Source: Candidatus Uhrbacteria bacterium
Lineage (GTDB): Bacteria > Patescibacteriota > Patescibacteriia > UBA9934 > GWF2-40-263
DNA: 64,000 bases
Direction: 5' to 3'
Assembly: GCA_023246355.1 (NCBI GenBank)
Contig: JAHFIQ010000001.1
Coordinates: 81,887-145,886, forward strand
Both the position numbers and the translations under genes were made by a program. Numbering within the stretch: the first letter of the stretch is position 1; the number at the start of each line of letters is the position of its first letter. A model generated the notes under the pieces. That model saw only the letters and a list, made by a program, of their open reading frames with translations. It did no database searches and was not told where the DNA came from. Shown here piece by piece: positions 41,180 to 49,335 of this stretch.

Positions 41180-42099
41180 AGGTGTTGTGCCGTGAGCGCC
41201 TCAAACCGATCGCGAAACTCGACCCGTCGATCTTGGTCGTGAAACTTGAGCATCTCGTCATTCACCACAACACGGGAATCTTGATTGGCAAGATCGCGGA
41301 GATGCACAGGCAGCCGACGTCGCTGGAATGATCGAAACACCGATTCCACGAGCCGTGACTGAACAGGAACACGTGGACAGAAGCGTGGAATGTGTCGGTG
41401 ATCCGGTATGCGTCCCCTGGCATTTGGCAGGAGCTGAGATGCCCAACGATTCACACGATGAAACTCGGAAAAACTGCTATCGCGATCCAACAGAGGGACT
41501 AACGACTTCACCCAAAACGCCAAGTAATAATCTCGCGGAAAACAAAGCTCCTCCAGTTGCAACGATGCTTGCGTAGAAAAAAAACTGAAACAAAATGGAT
41601 CGCGCCCTGTTTGTTCTTGTCCTGGCCGAGCTTTGAAGAGCGCAAACGGAAGAACGAGCCAAAATCGCGATGACCAAATCAACCCAGGTTTGGTGACCAC
41701 ATACAGATCAATATCGCTGTTTTCGGTCGTCCCCCACCATGCCAGGCTATTCACCGCAGCCACGGCCCGCACGCCAGGCAACAGTTGAAAATATCGCGCC
41801 GCGCGACGAAGGCGTTTGAACTTACGCTCGGCGTCCAAGAATCGCTCTTGTCTGGTTTGAACAAGCGATGAAATAGAGGCTTCCCTTTTCACGCTCCAAA
41901 ATCCATCAAACGATTGAAGTTTCTCCTTGAGCCAGGCGCTCCGCTCAAGAATCGACTGAACCTCACACAGATCATGCGGACGCGCTGGTTGCATGAGCCA
42001 TTTCCAGATCTCAAAAACAGTCAAAGGATGAGAGAAAAGAGAAAACCACAGAACCGTCTTCAGGATAGATCGTTCAAGGTCTGTGGTTTGACTGCCCAT
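41173..42099 (-). CDS. Hypothetical nucleotidyltransferase-like protein
   Basis: NSLA..SDIDLYVV resembles the Pol-beta-type GS..DxD motif. Confidence 0.65.
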   Translation of the reverse strand: MGSQTTDLERSILKTVLWFSLFSHPLTVFEIWKWLMQPARPHDLCEVQSILERSAWLKEKLQSFDGFWSVKREASISSLVQTRQERFLDAERKFKRLRRAARYFQLLPGVRAVAAVNSLAWWGTTENSDIDLYVVTKPGLIWSSRFWLVLPFALFKARPGQEQTGRDPFCFSFFSTQASLQLEELCFPRDYYLAFWVKSLVPLLDRDSSFSEFHRVNRWASQLLPNARGRIPDHRHIPRFCPRVPVQSRLVESVFRSFQRRRLPVHLRDLANQDSRVVVNDEMLKFHDQDRRVEFRDRFEALTAQHLC

Positions 42100-42110
42100 A
42101 TGAGGGCATC

Positions 42111-42839
42111 TTACTTCGGATTCCGAATCTTTGAAAAGACGAACTGTTGCTGGAGAATGGAAACGATGTTCACCGTCACCCAGTAGAGGGTCAACCCTCC
42201 AGGGAGATTGGTTCCAATGACGACCGTCATGACAGGCATGAACATGAGCATGGACTTGTTCATGGAGGCCAGCATGGTTTCATCGAGCGCCCCTTTTTTG
42301 CCAGCCACTTGCTTCGGAGGACGGCGGGAGATCAACATCCGTGTCTGCATGAACTGGAAATATCCAGCGAGGATAGCCAAGTACGTACTCTTGTGTGACA
42401 AATCGATCGTATGCAAAAAAACCGTGTTGATCATCTCGGGGTTGTGAATAAACGGATAGAGCTGGTTGAGCGTTTCGGTTCCAAAACCGCCAAGGAGCAC
42501 GCGATACAGCGCGATCAGAATGGGGAGCTGAATGATGATCGGCAAACACGAGGCAAGAGGATTGACCTTTTCGGTCTGATACAACTCCATCATGGCCTTG
42601 GCGAGCGCTTCTTTGTTATCGGCATGCTTCTCCTTCAGGGCATCAATTTTGGGTTGCAATTCCTGAAGCGCTTTCTGTGAACGCAACGAAGATGACATGA
42701 AGGGCCACAACATCATTTTTATAAGAACCGTAAGCGCGATGATCGCAAATCCAACATCAGCTCCTGGCAAGATGTCATAGAGAAACACCAAGAGGTTGAA
42801 AATCGGCAGGTAAAGAACCGTGTGAAAAAGATTTCCCAT
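42111..42839 (-). CDS. yidC: YidC/Oxa1 membrane protein insertase
   Basis: LQPKI..MMELYQ..NPLASCLP..QLPI, GLTLYW. Confidence 0.94.
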   Translation of the reverse strand: MGNLFHTVLYLPIFNLLVFLYDILPGADVGFAIIALTVLIKMMLWPFMSSSLRSQKALQELQPKIDALKEKHADNKEALAKAMMELYQTEKVNPLASCLPIIIQLPILIALYRVLLGGFGTETLNQLYPFIHNPEMINTVFLHTIDLSHKSTYLAILAGYFQFMQTRMLISRRPPKQVAGKKGALDETMLASMNKSMLMFMPVMTVVIGTNLPGGLTLYWVTVNIVSILQQQFVFSKIRNPK

Positions 42840-42841
42840 AC

Positions 42842-44083
42842 TTAGGCTTGTTCGGTAGTATCCGGTGCCACCTCTTTCACCTCGTCTACCTTCTCCACCT
42901 CTGCCACCTGTTCCACCTTCTCTTCACCTGATATATTAATTTTCCATCCTGTGAGCCGCGCGGCAAGGCGAACGTTTTGGCCACCTTTGCCAATCGCCAG
43001 AGACAGCTGATCGTCTTTGACTTTTGCAAACGCGCTCATGTCTTCTTTTTTAAGCTCAAGACTCGTGACCTTGGCTGGGGAAAGTGCGTTGGTGATAAAC
43101 GTCTCTGGGGATTCACTCCACTCGACAATATCAATCTTCTCACCACCCAGCTCAGCAATAATGGTCTGAATACGCGACCCGCGCTGACCAATGCACGCCC
43201 CGATTGGATCGATCGTGTTCTCGCTGGTTGTGACCGCGACTTTTGATCTGGATCCGGCTTCTCTGGCAATGCCTTTGATTTCCACCAGCCCCTCGCCGAC
43301 CTCTGGCACTTCAAACTCAAACAGCTTGCGCACCATTTCCTCAGACGTGCGGGATACCAAAATTTCTGGACCCTTGGTTGTGAGTCCAACTTGGCGGACA
43401 AAGACTTTAATCCGGTCGCCCGTGTTGTAGCGCTCCGTTGAAATTTGATCTTCAGGACGCATCACACCAGTCGTGCGGCCAAGATCCACGAGCACAATGC
43501 GACCTTCACGACGTTGGACCGTGCCGTTCATGATGGTGCCTTCGTGTTCCTTGAACTCACTAAAAATCACTTCACGTTCAGCCTCGCGCAATTTTTGCGT
43601 GATGACTTGCTTGGCCGTCATGGCTGCCATGCGACCAAATTCTCCCGCCTGAGGAAGTTCTGTACGCAAGACCTCCCCAATTTCTGCATCATGTTTCAAA
43701 ACCCGTGCATCAGAAAACATGAGATCTGTTTTTGGATTGAACCGTGGACCCAACTCTTCTTCAAAGGAAATAGCTGGAACCTCCTCGCCTTTTCTGCGCG
43801 CCTCTTCCACCTGAAGGGCAAGCGCTTCGGCTTTGGCTTTGCGTTCTGTTTCAAGACGTTCAAGTTCGAGAAGATCGACATCTTCGACAACCGTCTTCAC
43901 GTCATACACATGTGACTCAGCCGTGGCGGGATCAAACTCCACTTCAATATTTTGATTTTTGTCACCAAAATCTTTTCGATACGCTGCCGCCAGGGCGGAT
44001 TGAATCGCGTCAATCACAGACTCGTACGCCAGTCCTTTTTCCTCACAGATTTGTCTAATCGCTTGTTCGATCGCTGAAGCCAT
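42842..44083 (-). CDS. nusA: Transcription termination factor NusA
   Basis: FGRMAAMTAKQVI, AREAGSRSK, AIGKGGQNVRLA. Confidence 0.97.
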   Translation of the reverse strand: MASAIEQAIRQICEEKGLAYESVIDAIQSALAAAYRKDFGDKNQNIEVEFDPATAESHVYDVKTVVEDVDLLELERLETERKAKAEALALQVEEARRKGEEVPAISFEEELGPRFNPKTDLMFSDARVLKHDAEIGEVLRTELPQAGEFGRMAAMTAKQVITQKLREAEREVIFSEFKEHEGTIMNGTVQRREGRIVLVDLGRTTGVMRPEDQISTERYNTGDRIKVFVRQVGLTTKGPEILVSRTSEEMVRKLFEFEVPEVGEGLVEIKGIAREAGSRSKVAVTTSENTIDPIGACIGQRGSRIQTIIAELGGEKIDIVEWSESPETFITNALSPAKVTSLELKKEDMSAFAKVKDDQLSLAIGKGGQNVRLAARLTGWKINISGEEKVEQVAEVEKVDEVKEVAPDTTEQA

Positions 44084-44096
44084 AAAATATTCTTAG

Positions 44097-44216
44097 GAAA
44101 GGATTTAAAACGATGAGATGCGAAGGGCTGGAGGAAGCAACAGCCGAGGCGTACTGAAACGTACGGTGAGGCTGTTGTGAACCGAAGCCCGAGCAGATCG
44201 CGTTTTAAATCCTTTC
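44097..44216. repeat. Hairpin family A copy 5 (divergent)
   Basis: Different terminal stem gaaaggatttaaaac/gttttaaatcctttc, but same GATGAGAT/AGATCGC and GAGGCGTAC/GTACGGTGAG. Confidence 0.82.
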
Positions 44217-44260
44217 AATAAAGAAACCCGTCTAGCGACAGGTTTCAGGATGTCCATAAT

Positions 44261-44629
44261 CTACCAAAACCGCTCAGGGATGTCAATGTCTTCGATGTGA
44301 GTAAACTGAGGCTCTCCTTGATCATACTCAATGGCAACCACATCAATGCGCCAAGGCACCTCACCTGCTTTTGATTGATCAAGGTATTCCTGTGCCGTTC
44401 TCACCAAGTGCCCGATCTTGGTGACGGTCACGGAATCTTCCGGATCGGCTAAATCACTGTGTCGACTTTTCACCTCAACAAAAACGATCTCTTCGCCATC
44501 CGCACAAATGAGATCGATTTCTCCGTAGGAATTTTTGTACTGCCGCTGACTCACTTTGTACCCTTTGTCTACCAAAAACTTCGCAGCAGCTTCCTCTCCC
44601 TGATTCCCAAATATCCTCCGAGCATCCAT
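44261..44629 (-). CDS. YraN family endonuclease-like protein
   Basis: GEEAAAKFL..GEIDLI..VFVEVKSR..RIDVVAI. Confidence 0.9.
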   Translation of the reverse strand: MDARRIFGNQGEEAAAKFLVDKGYKVSQRQYKNSYGEIDLICADGEEIVFVEVKSRHSDLADPEDSVTVTKIGHLVRTAQEYLDQSKAGEVPWRIDVVAIEYDQGEPQFTHIEDIDIPERFW

Positions 44630-44630
44630 A

Positions 44631-45041
44631 CTATTTTTTTCTGCGACCTGGGAGGTATTTTTGATTGGCATGACGCTGCGCTTCACGCTCACGCATTCCT
44701 GGCACGGTCCATTTCACATAACGAAAAATCAGAAAGCTCCAAAAAAGAAATCCAGCAATCCACACCAAGTACCAGAAGCGCGCGCCAAACAGTCGAATCT
44801 CTTCAAAGCTGAAAAAGAACAGGAGCACGCCCAAAATTCCCATCACCACGAGCAAGGTAGAAATGTTGTGGCCCACTTCACGCATGAATCGATCTGAGCC
44901 GCGTCTGTCAGCGACGAGATGACCAACAATACCCAGTACAAAAACGACGACAAAAATGACGAAGGTAATCGTGCCAAGAAGTCCTCCAACCTCGGGTGGA
45001 TTCATGGTGAGCCAGTAGGTGGGCTGTAAAAATTCAGACAT
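44631..45041 (-). CDS. Hypothetical membrane protein
   Basis: Three TM helices, KYLP C-terminus. Confidence 0.75.
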   Translation of the reverse strand: MSEFLQPTYWLTMNPPEVGGLLGTITFVIFVVVFVLGIVGHLVADRRGSDRFMREVGHNISTLLVVMGILGVLLFFFSFEEIRLFGARFWYLVWIAGFLFWSFLIFRYVKWTVPGMREREAQRHANQKYLPGRRKK

Positions 45042-45044
45042 AGG

Positions 45045-45299
45045 TTATTTGCAGTGAGTGAGGGTGCAGGCAAGCGACCCTAGGATATCAGATATCACAT
45101 TTGTGGCAACAAAGATGCCGATGAAGGTTGTGAGGATCCCGATCAACTTGTAGAAGAATCTCGAGCCGCCAGAACCAAACGTCTTCTCGGCAAATGGAAT
45201 CTCCCCAAACCAACTAAAAAAAACCTCTGTTTTTTTGACGATCAAAAAGCCAATGAGCATGATGAGGAGGCCAAGGGGAATGCGAAAGAGTGGGGACAT
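45045..45299 (-). CDS. Small hypothetical membrane protein
   Basis: Two TM helices around FAEKTFGSGGSRFFYKLIG. Confidence 0.72.
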   Translation of the reverse strand: MSPLFRIPLGLLIMLIGFLIVKKTEVFFSWFGEIPFAEKTFGSGGSRFFYKLIGILTTFIGIFVATNVISDILGSLACTLTHCK

Positions 45300-45302
45300 A
45301 CA

Positions 45303-45379
45303 TGGTGGGCGCTGAGGGGATCGAACCCCCGACCTTCTCGGTGTAAACGAGACGCTCTAACCAGCTGAGCTAAGCGCCC
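45303..45379 (-). tRNA. tRNA-Val(TAC)
   Basis: Anticodon arm tctcg-tt-TAC-ac-cgaga; CCA encoded. Confidence 0.94.
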
Positions 45380-45383
45380 TCTT

Positions 45384-45511
45384 GAGACTGTTGCAAAACT
45401 CGCGATCTTGCGTTTCACGGGGCCCCGCCACCACCTCATCGTAGCTTTCGCTACGCCTCGGCGGCTGGCTTCCCCGTTCAACGCAATCTCATCGAGTTTT
45501 GCAACAGTCTC
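45384..45511. repeat. Hairpin family A copy 6 (reverse orientation)
   Basis: gagactgttgcaaaactcg/cgagttttgcaacagtctc; invariant motifs. Confidence 0.92.
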
Positions 45512-45587
45512 CTACTACGACCATTGGAGCTTACAGGATTTGCGTCTTCAAATCAAAATTTAAAAGCGCCAGTCGTTGGCGCTTGCG

Positions 45588-46052
45588 TTACGTGTCGAGA
45601 TGATGGGCGTTGGGACAGCGGAACTCGAAACGCAATCCGTATGGGCCATCCATGAAGGCACTCCAGTCCCCGGTTCCCCAACGGACACGACCGTCGTCAC
45701 CAAGCGATCGATCGACTCGCGGATGATCGAGCAGGTCATCGAAATCCCGAGGGGCGACCAGAAAGGCCACGTGGGAGCGGTACCGGTACAGATGCCTGCA
45801 CACCATGGCCGGCCACAGAGAGCGACGTTTTCCAGGGGCGAAGGTGATCGTGGTTTCCCCAACACGGAAATCGTAGCGGATCCCAGGAAGGAAATCGTCG
45901 ATACGACGGGGTTCATCACGACGAGCAACGCCGACTCCCAGCGATGTGAAGAAGGCGATGACCGACTTGGGTTCCCGCTGACGTGGATACCCAAACGTGA
46001 CGTGATCGATCCCTCTCACAGATCCAGGGGAAAGGGCAGGATCAATATCCAT
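45588..46052 (-). CDS. VOC/glyoxalase-like protein
   Basis: IDHVTF..FFTSLG..SHVAF..AFMDGPYGLRFEF; SD-like gagagg. Confidence 0.65.
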   Translation of the reverse strand: MDIDPALSPGSVRGIDHVTFGYPRQREPKSVIAFFTSLGVGVARRDEPRRIDDFLPGIRYDFRVGETTITFAPGKRRSLWPAMVCRHLYRYRSHVAFLVAPRDFDDLLDHPRVDRSLGDDGRVRWGTGDWSAFMDGPYGLRFEFRCPNAHHLDT

Positions 46053-46144
46053 GGAAGACCTCTCTGAGCGCTGACAACATAGATTGAATAACCTTGCACG
46101 TCAAGAACCAAACAAAAAACGCTCTCATGAGAGAACATTTTTTG

Positions 46145-46230
46145 TGGTGCGCGGGAGAGGACTCGAACCTCCACGCCCTTGCGAGCGCTACCACCTCAAG
46201 GTAGTGCGTCTACCATTTCGCCACCCGCGC
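46145..46230 (-). tRNA. tRNA-Leu(GAG)
   Basis: Anticodon arm ctacc-tt-GAG-gt-ggtag, variable arm, CCA. Confidence 0.94.
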
Positions 46231-46274
46231 AAATTCCGCGCCGATCTTACCTGACTCAAAAAAAAAGAGCAACC

Positions 46275-47012
46275 CTAGAAGACGCGTGCTTTCCCCGTAA
46301 TCACTCTGAGAAACATCGGCTCGATACCGATGTCAAAACGGGTGGAGGTCATTTCCTCACCGTCCACAAATAAGGAAATAGGATCGTCGCTGCGAATCGC
46401 GAGCGACTTCATGGGAAACACAGACTCTTTAAAAACCTTCCTGCCAAAAATTCCCCAACCTGTTTTGACCGCGGCTCGAATCACGGCTTCAAATTTTCCG
46501 TCGCAGGGATCCGCCACATCCGCGAGGTTCCGAATCTCAAGGGCAGCACGACGAGAGGTAGAGGTAATTCGAAACTGGTCTTCGCAGGTCAGCTCTGCAT
46601 GAAAATCTGGAACCGAGAGCCCTGTCACAAACCGACGACCGTTCACGGTTCCCACATCAATCGTTTCAATCCGCCGAGCGGAGAGAATATCGCAGGCGGC
46701 CACTCCCTCAGGAATGCCCATCATGCGTGCCAACTCGTTCCCTGGTCCAATGGGGATGATTCCAAGAACGACTTCGCAATCTGCCACGACATCGATCACC
46801 TTGCGTACGGTCTCATCGTTCCCGAGCACCACGACCGTCTGCACGCCACGCTGAATTTCATCGCGGATCATTTCCTCGGCATTACGGAACAGGGCAAGAC
46901 GAGAAATTTTCCCGGCGATCCCCAAGTCGGTCAACCGATTTTCAATTTTCAAAAGCTCGCGCTCATAGCGCTTATTTTGCTGAATGTATTCATCGTATAA
47001 ATAACAGTACAT
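46275..47012 (-). CDS. Diacylglycerol kinase-family protein
   Basis: VVLGNDETV, LGIIPIGPGNELA, IDVGTVNGRRF, VDGE. Confidence 0.82.
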   Translation of the reverse strand: MYCYLYDEYIQQNKRYERELLKIENRLTDLGIAGKISRLALFRNAEEMIRDEIQRGVQTVVVLGNDETVRKVIDVVADCEVVLGIIPIGPGNELARMMGIPEGVAACDILSARRIETIDVGTVNGRRFVTGLSVPDFHAELTCEDQFRITSTSRRAALEIRNLADVADPCDGKFEAVIRAAVKTGWGIFGRKVFKESVFPMKSLAIRSDDPISLFVDGEEMTSTRFDIGIEPMFLRVITGKARVF

Positions 47013-47022
47013 GTGCTTGATG

Positions 47023-47199
47023 ACGAACGAAAGGACATGCTTTGGACAAAAACCGTCACGGAAGGCCGGACTCTCCCTCCGACAGGCTCAGAGCATAATC
47101 ACTTGCGGCCTGAGTGACGAGGGGCGCCGAGACGACCGTCGGGTATCACTCAGGGTGGGCGACCCCGTGTTTTTGGACAAGGCTTGTCCTTTCGTTCGT
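47023..47199. other. ~180-nt multi-stem structured intergenic element (family C, single copy here)
   Basis: 15-bp perfect closing stem acgaacgaaaggaca/tgtcctttcgttcgt; inner cctgagtga/tcactcagg. Confidence 0.7.
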
Positions 47200-47201
47200 T
47201 G

Positions 47202-47579
47202 TTATTCTTCTTCACTGTTGGCAGATCCATCCATGCTCAGTCGCCCATTAACTTGAGCTCCAGCGGCGACCGAAATACGCGCTGTGGCCACATCCCCCTT
47301 CACCCGAGAGGTAGCCAAGAGCTCGAGCATCTCGTGAACCGTGACATTCCCCTGTACCTCCCCGGCAATCACCGCGCTCTTCGCTTTCACGTCTGCCTTG
47401 ATACGTGCGGTTTCTCCGATGCGTAAAAACTTTTCCGTCTCCACTGTGCCGGAAACCTCCCCATCGATCACCACATCGCCATCTGAACGGAAATCTCCCT
47501 CCACCTTGACCCCCTGTGCAATAATCGTCTCCTGCGTATTCGTGCTTGGCATAGCGCTGTGTTTTTTATCCCTAAACAT
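47202..47579 (-). CDS. Bactofilin (polymer-forming cytoskeletal protein)
   Basis: TIIAQGVKVEGD..IDGEVSG..GEVQGNV..GAQVNG; alternative start at 47552. Confidence 0.9.
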   Translation of the reverse strand: MFRDKKHSAMPSTNTQETIIAQGVKVEGDFRSDGDVVIDGEVSGTVETEKFLRIGETARIKADVKAKSAVIAGEVQGNVTVHEMLELLATSRVKGDVATARISVAAGAQVNGRLSMDGSANSEEE

Positions 47580-47628
47580 AGAGTGATTCTTAGTCCTCCG
47601 GATCTTAACAGTCTGAGCTTCCGTCTGT

Positions 47629-49335
47629 CTACATCTCTTCCACGGTCTCAATCCCAAGCAGTGCTAAGCCATTTCTGAGCACCTGGGACACGGCTCTGAG
47701 CAACGCCACCCTTTCCTGTATTTGATCCTCACGTGCTTGAAGCACGGGAACGTGTTCGTAAAAATGTGAGAACGACTTGGCAAGGTTAAAGAGGTACTGA
47801 GCCAAAATGGCTGGCTGGAGTTCCTGTGACGATCGGAAAAGGACTTCAGGAAATTGTGCGATCGCAAACACAAGCGCGTGACTGTGACGATCGTCAAGGG
47901 TTTTGGCACTCGGCTTCCCTTTCATCTTGGGGGCTTTCTTCAGAATACTTTGGATGCGAGCAACGGTGTAGAGAAGATACGGACCGGTACACCCATCAAA
48001 CGACAACGACTCGTCTAGATCAAATACAATTTTTTTCCCAACGTCTTGTTTCAACATGGAAAAACGCATGCCAGCAAACGCAATCGCACGAACGACCTCT
48101 TTGGTGTGTTCCTTGGTCCAATCCGTATGGCGGCTCTGAGTTTCTTGACGCGCTTTCTCGATCATCTCGTCTCGCAGTGTTTCGTAGCGCACCACGTTCC
48201 CCTTTCGGGCGGCCATCGCTCCGTCTGAAAGCGTGACAAATTCGTAGGAAAGATGGGTCAGCTCACGCTCAAATTTCATCCGTTTGAGCGTCGCAAACAA
48301 TTGTTGAAGTGCGTGACTTTGACGGGCATCAACCACGTAAATCGATCGAGCTGAGTGATAATCTTTTTCTTTTTCAAGAGCAAGGGCGAGATCTTTGGCG
48401 TTGTACAACAAGGTCCCATCGCTTTTGATGAGCAGGTTCACGCCCAGTTTCTCATTTTCTAAATCTACAATCCATGCACCTTGCGACTGCACCACCACAC
48501 CGTCCTTAATAAGCCCATCAATAATTTTTTTGGTTTTCTTGATGAGCTGGCTTTCAAAGTACCAATGATCAAGCGTGAGCCCGAGTTCATCGTACACCTG
48601 TTTCAAATAGTCGAGTGACCACTTGCGTGTGACTTTCCACACCGCGACTTCACTTCCTTTTTGATTTTCCAAATGCTTGAAGACTTCCGTGACCTGTTCT
48701 TTCAACGAAGGATTTACTTCGAGCGCCTGGTTCGCTTCCACATACACCTCGCGCAAAAAATCGATGCGCTTGTCTTTGGGTGTTTTGTCCCAATCTTCCT
48801 TCGCCGCGATCGCCCAAACCGACTGTGCGACATGCAGTCCCAAGTCGTTGATGTAGGCCACAGGAATGACGTCGTACCCACAGGCTTTGAGCAGATTCAC
48901 GGCCGCCTGTCCGACAAACAAATTCCGCAAGTGACCAACATGGACATCTTTATGAGAGTTGAGGTTGGCGAACTCAACCATCACCCGTTTCTCTTTTCCC
49001 ACATCCGATGTCCCAAAGGTGTCTCTCATCTCTGAAACTTCCTCAAGAATCGCCTTGCCAAATTCAGCATCGGCCAACACAAAATTCACATACGGCCCAT
49101 GAGCTTTCGCGCTGGCAATATGCCCTTTGGGACCAATCTTTACAGCGATTTCTGTGGCGATTTCTGCTGGGTTGCGTTTAAGCTTTTTCCCTAATTCAAA
49201 ACACGGAAACGCCACGTCTCCCATCGCGGGGTCTGGAGGCGATTGAAGTTCTTCAATCACTGGAACAAAACCGTGACCCACAGCCTTCTTGATCGCCTGA
49301 AGAATATCTTGCTTGGCTTGTTGGATTACGTACAT
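47629..49335 (-). CDS. argS: Arginine--tRNA ligase
   Basis: HVGHLRN, KSDGTLLY, GCTGPYLLY..RIQSI, C-terminal EEM. Confidence 0.96.
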   Translation of the reverse strand: MYVIQQAKQDILQAIKKAVGHGFVPVIEELQSPPDPAMGDVAFPCFELGKKLKRNPAEIATEIAVKIGPKGHIASAKAHGPYVNFVLADAEFGKAILEEVSEMRDTFGTSDVGKEKRVMVEFANLNSHKDVHVGHLRNLFVGQAAVNLLKACGYDVIPVAYINDLGLHVAQSVWAIAAKEDWDKTPKDKRIDFLREVYVEANQALEVNPSLKEQVTEVFKHLENQKGSEVAVWKVTRKWSLDYLKQVYDELGLTLDHWYFESQLIKKTKKIIDGLIKDGVVVQSQGAWIVDLENEKLGVNLLIKSDGTLLYNAKDLALALEKEKDYHSARSIYVVDARQSHALQQLFATLKRMKFERELTHLSYEFVTLSDGAMAARKGNVVRYETLRDEMIEKARQETQSRHTDWTKEHTKEVVRAIAFAGMRFSMLKQDVGKKIVFDLDESLSFDGCTGPYLLYTVARIQSILKKAPKMKGKPSAKTLDDRHSHALVFAIAQFPEVLFRSSQELQPAILAQYLFNLAKSFSHFYEHVPVLQAREDQIQERVALLRAVSQVLRNGLALLGIETVEEM

